DNA from: the human T2T-CHM13v2.0 reference genome, Homo sapiens
Assembly: GCF_009914755.1 (NCBI RefSeq)
Contig: NC_060925.1
Strand: one strand, 5' to 3'
Length of the DNA stretch: 64,000 bases
The notes beneath the pieces are model-generated. The model worked only from the letters and a program-made list of their open reading frames with translations. It did no database searches and was not told the origin of the DNA. Positions within the stretch are counted from its first letter, which is position 1, and every line of letters begins with the position of its first letter. This document shows, in pieces, positions 38,830 through 51,431 of the stretch. The position numbers were made by a program, and so were the translations under genes.

Positions 38830-41800
38830 ACACAAGGAAGTTACTGAGAATTCTTCTGTCTAGCAGAATATGAAGAAATCCCGTTTCCAACGAAGGCCTC
38901 AAGGAGGTCTGAATATCCTGTTGCAGACTTTACAAACAGAGTGTTTCCTAACTGCTCTATGAAAAGAAAGGTTAAACTCTGTGAGTTGAACGCACACATC
39001 ACAAAGGAGTTTATGAGAATCATTCTGTCTAGTTTCTATAAGAAGATATTTCCTATTCTACCATTGACCTCAAAGCGGCTGAAATCTCCACTTGCAAATT
39101 CGACAAAAAGAGTGTTTCAAGCCTGCTCTCTGTAAAGGATCCTTCAACTCTGTGAGTTGAATACACACAACACAAGGAAGTTACTGAGAATTATTCTGTC
39201 TAGCATAATATGAAGAAATCCCGTTTCCAACGAAGGCCTCAAAGAGGTCTGAATATCCACTTGCAGAGTTTACAAACAGAGTGTTTCCTAACTGCTCTAT
39301 GAGAAGAAAAGTTAAACTCTGTGAGTTGAAGGCACACATCACAAAAGATTTTCTGAGAATCATTCTGTCTAGTCTTTATATGAAGATAGTTTCCTTTTCT
39401 ACCATTGACCTCAAAGCGGCTGAAATCTCCACTTGCAAATTCCACAAAAAGAGTGTTTCAAGTCTGCTCTGTGTAAAGGATCGTTTAACTCTGTGAGTTG
39501 AATACACACAACACAAGGAAGTTACTGAGAATTCTTCTGTCTACCAGAATATGAAGAAATCCCGTTTCCAACGAAGGCCTCAAGGAGGTCTGAATATCCA
39601 CTTGCAGACTTTACAAACAGAGTGTTTCCTAACTGCTCTATGAACAGAAGGGTTAAACTCTGTGAGTTGAACGAACACATCACAACGCAGTTTGTGGAAA
39701 TGATTCTGTCTAGTTTTGAAACGAAGATATTTCCTTTTCTGCCGTTGACCTTAAAGCGCTTGAAATCTACACTTGCAAATTGCACAAATAGAGTGTTTCA
39801 AATCTGCTCTGTCTAAGGGAACGTTCAACTCTGTGAGTTGAATGCACACAACACAAGGAAGTTACTGGGAATTCTTCTGTCTAGCCTTACATGAAAAAAA
39901 AACCGTTTCCAACGAAGGCCTCTAAGTGGTCAAAATATCCACGTGCAGACTTTACAAACAAACAGAGTGTTTCCAAACCGCTGAATGAAAAGAAAAGTTA
40001 AACTCTGAGAGTTGAACGCACACATCACGCAGCAGTTTCTGAGAATGATTCTGTCTAGTTTTTATACGAAGATATTTCCTTTTCTGCCCTTGGCCCCAAA
40101 GCGCTTGAAATCTCCACTTGCAAATTCCACAAAAACAGTGTTTCAAATCTGCTCTCTCTAAATGAAAGTTCAACTCTGTCAGTTGAATACACACAACACA
40201 AGGAAGTTAATGAGAATTCTTCTGTCTAGCATAATATGAAGAAATCCCGTTTCCAACGAAGGCCTCAAAGGGGTTTGAATATCCACTTGCAGACTTTATA
40301 AACAGAGTGTTTACTAACTGCTCTATGAAAAGAAAGGTTAAACTCTGTGAGTTGAACACACACATCACAAAGGAGTTTCTGAGAATCATTCTGTCTAGTT
40401 TTTCTACGAAGATATTTCCTTTTCTACTATTGACCTCAACGCGGCTGAAATCTCCACTTGCAAATTCCACAAAAAGAGTGTTTCAAGTCTGCTCTGTGTA
40501 AAGGATCGTTCAACTCTGTGAGTTGAATACACACAACACAAGGAAGTTACTGAGAATTCTTCTGTCTAGCAGAATAGGAAGAAATCCCGTTTCCAACGAA
40601 GGCCTCAAAGAGGTCTGAATATCCACTTGCAGACTTTACAAACAGAGTGTTTCCTAACGGCTCTATGAAAAGAAAAGTTAAACTCTGTGAGTTGAACGCA
40701 CATCACAAAGGAGTTTCTGAGAATCTTTCTGTCTAGTTTCTATAGGAAGATATTTCCTATTCTACCATTGACCTCAAAGCGGCTGAAATCTCCAGTTGCA
40801 AATTCCACAAAAAGAATGTTTCAAGTCTGCTCTGTGTAAAGGATCGTTCAACTCTGTGAGTTGAATACACACAACACAAGGAAGTTACTGAGAATTATTC
40901 TGTCTAGCATAATATGAAGAAATCCCGTTTCCAACGAAGGCCTCAAAGAGGTCTGAATATCCACTTGCAGACTTTACAAACAGAGTGTTTCCTAACTGCT
41001 CTATGAAAAGAAAAGTTAAACTCTGTGAGTTGAACGCACACATCACAAAGGAGTTTATGAGAATCATTCTGTCTAGTCTTTATACGAAGATATTTCCTTT
41101 TCTACCATTGACCTCAAAGCGGCTGAAATCTCCACTTGCAAATTCCACAAAAAGAGTGTTTCAAGTCTGCTCTGTGTAAAGGATCGTTCAACTCTGTGAG
41201 TTGAATACACACAACACAAGGAAGTTACTGAGAATTCTTCTGTCTAGCAGAATATGAAGAAATCCCGTTTCCAACGAAGGCCTCAAGGAGGTCTGAATAT
41301 CCACTTGCAGACTTTACAAACAGAGTGTTTCCTAACTGCTCTATGAACAGAAAGGTAAAACTCTGTGAGTTTAACGCACACATCACAAAGGAGTTTCTGA
41401 GAATCATTCTGTCTAGTCTTTATACGAAGATATTTACTTTTCTACCATTGACCTCAAAGCGGCTGAAATCTCCACTTGCAAATTCCACAAAAAGAGTGTT
41501 TAGTGTTTCAAGTCTGCTCTGTGTAAAGGATCATTCAACTCTGTGAGTTGAATAAACACAACACAAGGAAGTTACTGAGAATTCTTCTGTCTAGCAGAAT
41601 ATGAAGAAATCCCGTTTCCAACGAAGGCCTCAAGGAGGTCTGAATATCCACTTGCAGACTTTACAAACAGAGTGTTTCCTAACTGCTCTATGAACAGAAA
41701 GGTAAAACTCTGTGAGTTTAACGCACACATCACAAAGGAGTTTCTGAGAATCATTCTGTCTAGTCTTTATACGAAGATATTTACTTTTCTACCATTGACC

Positions 41801-42310
41801 TCAAAGCGGCTGAAATCTCCACTTGCAATTTCGACAAAAAGAGTGTTTCAAGCCTGCTCTCTGTAAAGGATCCTTCAACTCTGTGAGTTGAATACACACA
41901 ACACAAGGAAGTTACTGAGAATTATTCTGTCTAGCATAATATGAAGAAATCCCGTTTCCAACGAAGGCCTCAAAGAGGTCTGAATATCCACTTGCAGACT
42001 TTACAAACAGAGTGTTTCCTAACTGCTCTATGAGAAGAAAAGTTAAACTCTGTGAGTTGAACGCACACATCACAAAAGATTTTCTGAGAATCATTCTGTC
42101 TAGTCTTTATGTGAAGATAGTTTCCTTTTCTACCATTGACCTCAAAGCGGCTGAAATCTCCACTTGCAAATTCCACAAAAAGAGTGTTTCAAGTCTGCTC
42201 TGTGTAAAGGATCGTTCAACTCTGTGAGTTGAATACACACAACACAAGGAAGTTACTGAGAATTCTTCTGTCTAGCAGAATATGAAGAAATCCCGTTTCC
42301 AACGAAGGCC
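38830..42310 (-). repeat. Copy 1 of a ~3.5-kb dispersed intra-array duplication (copy 2 at +18711)
   Basis: Shares private indels and SNVs with 57541-61021: A9 run, ACAA duplication, CA deletion, AGTGTTT duplication, ctaccag, gcagagtt, gtgaagatag. Confidence 0.93.
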
Positions 42311-44631
42311 TCAAGGAGGTCTGAATATCCACTTGCAGACTTTACAAACAGAGTGTTTCCTAACTGCTCTATGAACAGAAAGGTTAAACTCTGTGAGTTG
42401 AACGCACACATCACAAAGGAGTTTCTGAGAATCATTCTGTCTAGTCTTTATACGAAGATATTTACTTTTCTACCATTGACTTCAAAGCGGCTGAAATCTC
42501 CACTTGCAAATTCCAAAAAAAGAGTGTTTCAAGTCTGCTCTGTGTAAAGGATCATTCAACTCTGTGAGTTGAATAAACACAACACAAGGAAGTTACTGAG
42601 AATTCTTCTGTCTAGCAGAATATGAAGAAATCCCGTTTCCAACGAAGGCCTCAAGGAGGTCTGAATATCCACTTGCAGACTTTACAAACAGAGTGTTTCC
42701 TAACTGCTCTATGAAAAGAAAGGTTAAACTCTGTGAGTTGAACGCACACATCACAAAGGAGTTTCTGAGAATCATTCTGTCTAGTTTCTATAAGAAGATA
42801 TTTCCTATTCTACCATTGACCTCAAAGCGGCTGAAATCTCCACTTGCAAATTCGACAAAAAGAGTGTTTCAAGCCTGCTCTCTGTAAAGGATCCTTCAAC
42901 TCTGTGAGTTGAATACACACAACACAAGGAAGTTACTGAGAATTATTCTGTCTAGCATAATATGAAGAAATCCCGTTTCCAACGAAGGCCTCAAAGAGGT
43001 CTGAATATCCACTTGCAGACTTTACAAACAGAGTGTTTCCTAACTGCTCTATGAGAAGAAAAGTTAAACTCTGTGAGTTGAACGCACACATCACAAAAGA
43101 TTTTCTGAGAATCATTCTGTCTAGTCTTTATATGAAGATAGTTTCCTTTTCTACCATTGACCTCAAAGCGGCTGAAATCTCCACTTGCAAATTCCACAAA
43201 AAGAGTGTTTCAAGTCTGCTCTGTGTAAAGGATCGTTCAACTCTGTGAGTTGAATACACACAACACAAGGAAGTTACTGAGAATTCTTCTGTCTAGCAGA
43301 ATATGAAGAAATCCCGTTTCCAACGAAGGCCACAAGATGTCAGAATATCCACTTACAGACTTTACAAACAGAGTGTTTCCTAACTGCTCTATGAACAGAA
43401 AGGTTAAACTCTGTGAGTTGAACGAACACATCACAACGCAGTTTGTGGGAATGATTCTGTCTAGTTTTGAAACGAAGATATTTCCTTTTCTGCCGTTGAC
43501 CTTAAAGCGCTTGAAATCTACACTTGCAAATTGCACAAATAGAGTGTTTCAAATCTGCTCTGTCTAAGGGAACGTTCAACTCTGTGAGTTGAATGCACAC
43601 AACACAAGGAAGTTACTGGGAATTCTTCTGTCTAGCCTTACATGAAAAAACCCGTTTCCAACGAAGGCCTCTAAGTGGTCAAAATATCCACGTGCAGACT
43701 TTACAAACAGAGTGTTTCCAAACCGCTGAATGAAAAGAAAAGTTAAACTCTGAGAGTTGAACGCACACATCACGCAGCAGTTTCTGAGAATGATTCTGTC
43801 TAGTTTTTATACGAAGATATTTCCTTTTCTGCCTTTGGCCCCAAAGCGCTTGAAATCTCCACTTGCAAATTCCACAAAAACAGTGTTTCAAATCTGCTCT
43901 CTCTAAATGAAAGTTCAACTCTGTCAGTTGAATACACACAACACAAGGAAGTTACTGAGAATTCTTCTGTCTAGCATAATATGAAGAAATCCCGTTTCCA
44001 ACGAAGGCCTCAAAGGGGTCTGAATATCCACTTGCAGACTTTATAAACAGAGTGTTTACTAACTGCTCTATGAAAAGAAAGGTTAAACTCTGTGAGTTGA
44101 ACACACACATCACAAAGGAGTTTCTGAGAATCATTCTGTCTAGTTTTTCTACCAAGATATTTCCTTTTCTACTATTGACCTGAAAGCGGCTGAAATCTCC
44201 ACTTGCAAATTCCACAAAAAGAGTGTTTCAAGTCTGCTCTGTGTAAAGGATCGTTCAACTCTGTGAGTTGAATACACACAACACAAGGAAGTTACTGAGA
44301 ATTCTTCTGTCTAGCAGAATATGAAGAAATCCCGTTTTCAACGAAGGCCTCAAAGGGGTCTGAATATCCACTTGCAGACTTTACAAACAGAGTGTTTCCT
44401 AACTGCTCTATGAAAAGAAAAGTTAAACTCTGTGAGTTGAACGCACACATCACAAAGGAGTTTCTGAGAATCGTTCTGTCTAGTTTCTATAGGAAGATAT
44501 TTCCTATTCTACCATTGACCTCAAAGCGTCTGAAATCTCCACTTGCAAATTCCACAAAAAGAATGTTTCAAGTCTGCTCTGTGTAAAGGATCGTTCAACT
44601 CTGTGAGTTGAATACACACAACACAAGGAAG

Positions 44632-47351
44632 TTACTGAGAATTATTCTGTCTAACATAATATGAAGAAATCCCGTTTCCAACGAAGGCCTCAAGGAGGTC
44701 TGAATATCCACTTGCACACTTTACAAACAGAGTGTTTCCTAACTGCTCTATGAGAAGAAAAGTTAAACTCTGTGAGTTGAACGCACACATCACAAAAGAT
44801 TTTCTGAGAATCATTCTGTCTAGTCTTTATATGAAGATAGTTTCCTTTTCTACCATTGACCTCAAAGCGGCTGAAATCTCCACTTGCAAATTCCACAAAA
44901 AGAGTGTTTCAAGTCTGCTCTGTGTAAAGGATCGTTCAACTCTGTGAGTTGAATACACACAACACAAGGAAGTTACTGAGAATTCTTCTGTCTAGCAGAA
45001 TATGAAGAAATCCCGTTTCCAACGAAGGCCACAAGATGTCAGAATATCCACTTACAGACTTTACAAACAGAGTGTTTCCTAACTGCTCTATGAACAGAAA
45101 GGTTAAACTCTGTGAGTTGAACGAACACATCACAACGCAGTTTGTGGGAATGATTCTGTCTAGTTTTGAAACGAAGATATTTCCTTTTCTGCCGTTGACC
45201 TTAAAGCGCTTGAAATCTACACTTGCAAATTGCACAAATAGAGTGTTTCAAATCTGCTCTGTCTAAGGGAACGTTCAACTCTGTGAGTTGAATGCACACA
45301 ACACAAGGAAGTTACTGGGAATTCTTCTGTCTAGACTTACATGAAAAAAACCCGTTTCCAACGAAGGCCTCTAAGTGGTCAAAATTTCCACGTGCAGACT
45401 TTACAAACAGAGTGTTTCCAAACCGCTGAATGAAAAGAAAAGTTAAACTCTGAGAGTTGAACGCACACATCACGCAGCAGTTTCTGAGAATGATTCTGTC
45501 TAGTTTTTATACGAAGATATTTCCTTTTCTGCCTTTGGCCCCAAAGCGCTTGAAATCTCCACTTGCAAATTCCACAAAAACAGTGTTTCAAATCTGCTCT
45601 CTCTAAACGAAAGTTCAACTCTGTCAGTTGAATACACACAACACAAGGAAGTTACTGAGAATTCTTCTGTCTAGCAAAATATGAAGAAATCCCGTTTCCA
45701 ACGAAGGCCTCAAAGGGGTCTGAATATCCACTTGCAGACTTTATAAACAGAGTGTTTACTAACTGCTCTATGAAAAGAAAGGTTAAACTCTGTGAGTTGA
45801 ACACACACATCACAAAGGAGTTTCTGAGAATCATTCTGTCTAGTTTTTCTACGAAGATATTTCCTTTTCTACTATTGACCTCAAAGCGGCTGAAATCTCC
45901 ACTTGCAAATTCCACAAAAAGAGTGTTTCAAGTCTGCTCTGTGTAAAGGATCGTTCAACTCTGTGAGTTGAATACACACAACACAAGGAAGTTACTGAGA
46001 ATTCTTCTGTCTAGCAGAATATGAAGAAATCCCGTTTCCAACGAAGGCCTCAAAGAGGTCTGAATATCCACTTGCAGACTTTACAAACAGAGTGTTTCCT
46101 AACTGCTCTACGAAAAGAAAGGTTAAACTCTGTGAGTTGAACGCACACATCACAAAGGAGTTTCTGAGAATCGTTCTGTCTAGTTTCTATAGGAAGATAT
46201 TTCCTATTCTACCATTGACCTCAAAGCGGCTGAAATCTCCACTTGCAAATTCCACAAAAAGAATGTTTCAAGTCTGCTCTGTGTAAACGATCGTTCAACT
46301 CTGTGAGTTGAATACACACAACACAAGGAAGTTACTGAGAATTCTTCTGTCTAGCATAATATGAAGAAATCCCGTTTCCAACGAAGGCCTCAAAGAGGTC
46401 TGAATATCCACTTGCAGACTTTACAAACAGAGTGTTTCCTAACTGCTCTATGAAAAGAAAAGTTAAACTCTTTGAGTTGAACGCACACATCACAAAGGAG
46501 TTTCTGAGAATCATTCTGTCTAGTCTTTATACGAAGATATTTCCTTTTCTACCATTGACCTCAAAGCGGCTGAAATCTCCACTTGCAAATTCCACAAAAA
46601 GAGTGTTTCAAGTCTGCTCTGTGTAAAGGATCGTTCAACTCTGTGAGTTGAATACACACAACACAAGGAAGTTACTGAGAATTCTTCTGTCTAGCAGAAT
46701 ATGAAGAAATCCCGTTTCCAACGAAGGCCTCAAGGAGGTCTGAATATCCACTTGCAGACTTTACAAACAGAGTGTTTCCTAACTGCTCTATGAACAGAAA
46801 GGTTAAACTCTGTGAGTTGAACGCACACATCACAAAGGACTTTCTGAGAATCATTCTGTCTAGTCTTTATACGAAGATATTTACTTTTCTACCATTGACC
46901 TCAAAGCGGCTGAAATCTCCACTTGCAAATTCCACAAAAAGAGTGTTTCAAGTCTGCTCTGTGTAAAGGATCATTCAACTCTGTGAGTTGAATAAACACA
47001 ACACAAGTAAGTTACTGAGAATTCTTCTGTCTAGCAGAATATGAAGAAATCCCGTTTCCAACGAAGGCCTCAAAGAGGTCTGAATATCCACTTGCAGACT
47101 TTACAAACAGAGTGTTTCCTAACTGCTCTATGAACAGAAAGGTTAAACTCTGTGAGTTGAACGCACACATCAGAAAGGAGTTCATGAGAATCATTTTGTC
47201 TAGGTTCTATAAGAAGATATTTCCTATTCTACCATTGACCTCAAAGCGGCTGAAATCTCCACTTGCAAATTCGACAAAAAGAGTGTTTCAAGCCTGCTCT
47301 CTGTAAAGGATCCTTCAACTCTGTGAGTTGAATACACACAACACAAGGAAG
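44632..47351 (-). repeat. Canonical 16-mer HOR copy
   Basis: ABCDEFGH order, 2720 bp between A starts 44632 and 47352. Confidence 0.88.
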
Positions 47352-50300
47352 TTACTGAGAATTATTCTGTCTAGCATAATATGAAGAAATCCCGTTTCCA
47401 ACGAAGGCCTCAAAGAGGTCTGAATATCCACTTGCACACTTTACAAACAGAGTGTTTCCTAACTGCTCTATGAGAAGAAAAGTTAAACTCTGTGAGTTGA
47501 ACGCACACATCACAAAAGATTTTCTGAGAATCATTCTGTCTAGTCTTTATATGAAGATAGTTTCCTTTTCTACCATTGACCTCAAAGCGGCTGAAATCTC
47601 CACTTGCAAATTCCACAAAAAGAGTGTTTCAAGTCTGCTCTGTGTAAAGGATCGTTCAACTCTGTGAGTTGAATACACACAACACAAGGAAGTTACTGAG
47701 AATTCTTCTGTCTAGCAGAATATGAAGAAATCCCGTTTCCAACGAAGGCCACAAGATGTCAGAATATCCACTTACAGACTTTACAAACAGAGTGTTTCCT
47801 AACTGCTCTATGAACAGAAAGGTTAAACTCTGTGAGTTGAACGAACACATCACAACGCAGTTTGTGGGAATGATTCTGTCTAGTTTTGAAACGAAGATAT
47901 TTCCTTTTCTGCCGTTGACCTTAAAGCGCTTGAAATCTACACTTGCAAATTGCACAAATAGAGTGTTTCAAATCTGCTCTGTCTAAGGGAACGTTCAACT
48001 CTGTGAGTTGAATGCACACAACACAAGGAAGTTACTGGGAATTCTTCTGTCTAGCCTTACATGAAAAAAACCCGTTTCCAACGAAGGCCTCTAAGTGGTC
48101 AAAATTTCCACGTGCAGACTTTACAAACAGAGTGTTTCCAAACCGCTGAATGAAAAGAAAAGTTAAACTCTGAGAGTTGAACGCACACATCACGCAGCAG
48201 TTTCTGAGAATGATTCTGTCTAGTTTTTATACGAAGATATTTCCTTTTCTGCCTTTGGCCCCAAAGCGCTTGAAATCTCCACTTGCAAATTCCACAAAAA
48301 CAGTGTTTCAAATCTGCTCTCTCTAAATGAAAGTTCAACTCTGTCAGTTGAATACACACAACACAAGGAAGTTACTGAGAATTCTTCTGTCTAGCATAAT
48401 ATGAAGAAATCCCGTTTCCAACGAAGGCCTCAAAGGGGTCTGAATATCCACTTGCAGACTTTATAAACAGAGTGTTTACTAACTGCTCTATGAAAAGAAA
48501 GGTTAAACTCTGTGAGTTGAACACACACATCACAAAGGAGTTTCTGAGAATCATTCTGTCTAGTTTTTCTACGAAGATATTTCCTTTTCTACTATTGACC
48601 TCAAAGCGGCTGAAATCTCCACTTGCAAATTCCACAAAAAGAGTGTTTCAAGTCTGCTCTGTGTAAAGGATCGTTCAACTCTGTGAGTTGAATACACACA
48701 ACACAAGGAAGTTACTGAGAATTCTTCTGTCTAGCAGAATATGAAGAAATCCCGTTTCCAACGAAGGCCTCAAAGAGGTCTGAATATTCACTTGCAGACT
48801 TTACAAACAGAGTGTTTCCTAACTGCTCTATGAAAAGAAAGGTTAAACTCTGTGAGTTGAACGCACACATCACAAAGGAGTTTCTGAGAATCGTTCTGTC
48901 TAGTTTCTATAGGAAGATGTTTCCTATTCTACCATTGACCTCAAAGCGGCTGAAATCTCCACTTGCAAATTCCACAAAAAGAATGTTTCAAGTCTGCTCT
49001 GTGTAAACGATCGTTCAACTCTGTGAGTTGAATACACACAACACAAGGAAGTTACTGAGAATTCTTCTGTCTAGCATAATATGTAGAAATCCCGTTTCCA
49101 ACGAAGGCCTCAAATAGGTCTGAATATCCACTTGCAGACTTTACAAACAGAGTGTTTCCTAACTGCTCTATGAAAAGAAAAGTTAAACTCTGTGATTTGA
49201 ACGCACACATCACAAAGGAGTTTCTGAGAATCATTCTGTCTGGTCTTTATACGAAGATATTTCCTTTTCTACCATTGACCTCAAAGCGGCTGAAATCTCC
49301 ACTTGCAAATTCCACAAAAAGAGTGTTTCAAGTCTGCTCTGTGTAAAGGATCGTTCAACTCTGTGAGTTGAATACACACAACACAAGGAAGTTACTGAGA
49401 ATTCTTCTGTCTAGCAGAATATGAAGAAATCCCGTTTCCAACGAAGGCCTCAAGGAGGTCTGAATATCCACTTGCAGACTTTACAAACAGAGTGTTTCCT
49501 AACTGCTCTATGAACACAAAGGTTAAACTCTGTGAGTTGAACGCACACATCACAAAGGAGTTTATGAGAATCATTCTGTCTAGTTTCTATAAGAAGATAT
49601 TTCCTATTCTACCATTGACCTCAAAGCGGCTGAAATCTCCACTTGCAAATTCGACAAAAAGAGTGTTTCAAGCCTGCTCTTTGTAAAGGATCCTTCAACT
49701 CTGTGAGTTGAATACACACAACACAAGGAAGTTACTGAGAATTCTTCTGTCTAGCATAATATGAAGAAATCCCGTTTCCAACGAAGGCCTCAAAGGGGTC
49801 TGAATATCCACTTGCAGACTTTATAAACAGAGTGTTTACTAACTGCTCTATGAAAAGAAAGGTTAAACTCTGTGAGTTGAACACACACATCACAAAGGAG
49901 TTTCTGAGAATCATTCTGTCTAGTTTTTCTACGAAGATATTTCCTTTTCTACTATTGACCTCAAAGCGGCTGAAATCTCCACTTGCAAATTCCACAAAAA
50001 GAGTGTTTCAAGTCTGCTCTGTGTAAAGGATCGTTCAACTCTGTGAGTTGAATACACACAACACAAGGAAGTTACTGAGAATTCTTCTGTCTAGCAGAAT
50101 ATAAAGAAATCCCGTTTCCAACGAAGGCCTCAAAGAGGTCTGAATATCCACTTGCAGACTTTACAAACAGAGTGTTTCCTAACGGCTCTATGAAAAGAAA
50201 AGTTAAACTCTGTGAGTTGAACGCACACATCACAAAGGAGTTTCTGAGAATCTTTCTGTCTAGTTTCTATAGGAAGATATTTCCTATTCTACCATTGACC

Positions 50301-50830
50301 TCAAAGCGGCTGAAATCTCCAGTTGCAAATTCCACAAAAAGAATGTTTCAAGTCTGCTCTGTGTAAAGGATCGTTCAACTCTGTGAGTTGAATACACACA
50401 ACACAAGGAAGTTACTGAGAATTATTCTGTCTAGCATAATATGAAGAAATCCCGTTTCCAACGAAGGCCTCAAAGAGGTCTTAATATCCACTTGCAGACT
50501 TTACAAACAGAGTGTTTCCTAACTGCTCTATGAAAAGAAAAGTTAAACTCTGTGAGTTGAACGCACACATCACAAAGGAGTTTATGAGAATCATTCTGTC
50601 TAGTCTTTATACGAAGATATTTCCTTTTCTACCATTGACCTCAAAGCGGCTGAAATCTCCACTTGCAAATTCCACAAAAAGAGTGTTTCAAGTCTGCTCT
50701 GTGTAAAGGATCGTTCAACTCTGTGAGTTGAATACACACAACACAAGGAAGTTACTGAGAATTCTTCTGTCTAGCAGAATATGAAGAAATCCCGTTTCCA
50801 ACGAAGGCCTCAAGGAGGTCTGAATATCCA
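47080..50830 (-). repeat. Copy 1 of a ~3.75-kb block repeated at +6800 (53880-57630)
   Basis: Private markers at +6800: tgaacacaaa (49511/56311), ctctttgtaa (~49680/56480), ataaagaaat (50101/56901), ttaatatcca (50481/57281). Confidence 0.9.
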
Positions 50831-51431
50831 CTTGCAGACTTTACAAACAGAGTGTTTCCTAACTGCTCTATGAACAGAAAGGTAAAACTCTGTGAGTTTA
50901 ACGCACACATCACAAAGGAGTTTCTGAGAATCATTCTGTCTAGTCTTTATACGAAGATATTTACTTTTCTACCATTGACCTCAAAGCGGCTGAAATCTCC
51001 ACTTGCAAATTCCACAAAAAGAGTGTTTCAAGTCTGCTCTGTGTAAAGGATCATTCAACTCTGTGAGTTGAATAAACACAACACAAGGAAGTTACTGAGA
51101 ATTCTTCTGTCTAGCAGAATATGAAGAAATCCCGTTTCCAACGAAGGCCTCAAGGAGGTCTGAATATCCTGTTGCAGACTTTACAAACAGAGTGTTTCCT
51201 AACTGCTCTATGAAAAGAAAGGTTAAACTCTGTGAGTTGAACGCACACATCACAAAGGAGTTTATGAGAATCATTCTGTCTAGTTTCTATAAGAAGATAT
51301 TTCCTATTCTACCATTGACCTCAAAGCGGCTGAAATCTCCACTTGCAAATTCGACAAAAAGAGTGTTTCAAGCCTGCTCTCTGTAAAGGATCCTTCAACT
51401 CTGTGAGTTGAATACACACAACACAAGGAAG

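Noticed and set aside
41495-41508. 7-bp direct repeat AGTGTTT as a target-site duplication or excision footprint
   Set aside because: There is no intervening element or other transposon evidence. A simple tandem micro-duplication explains it.
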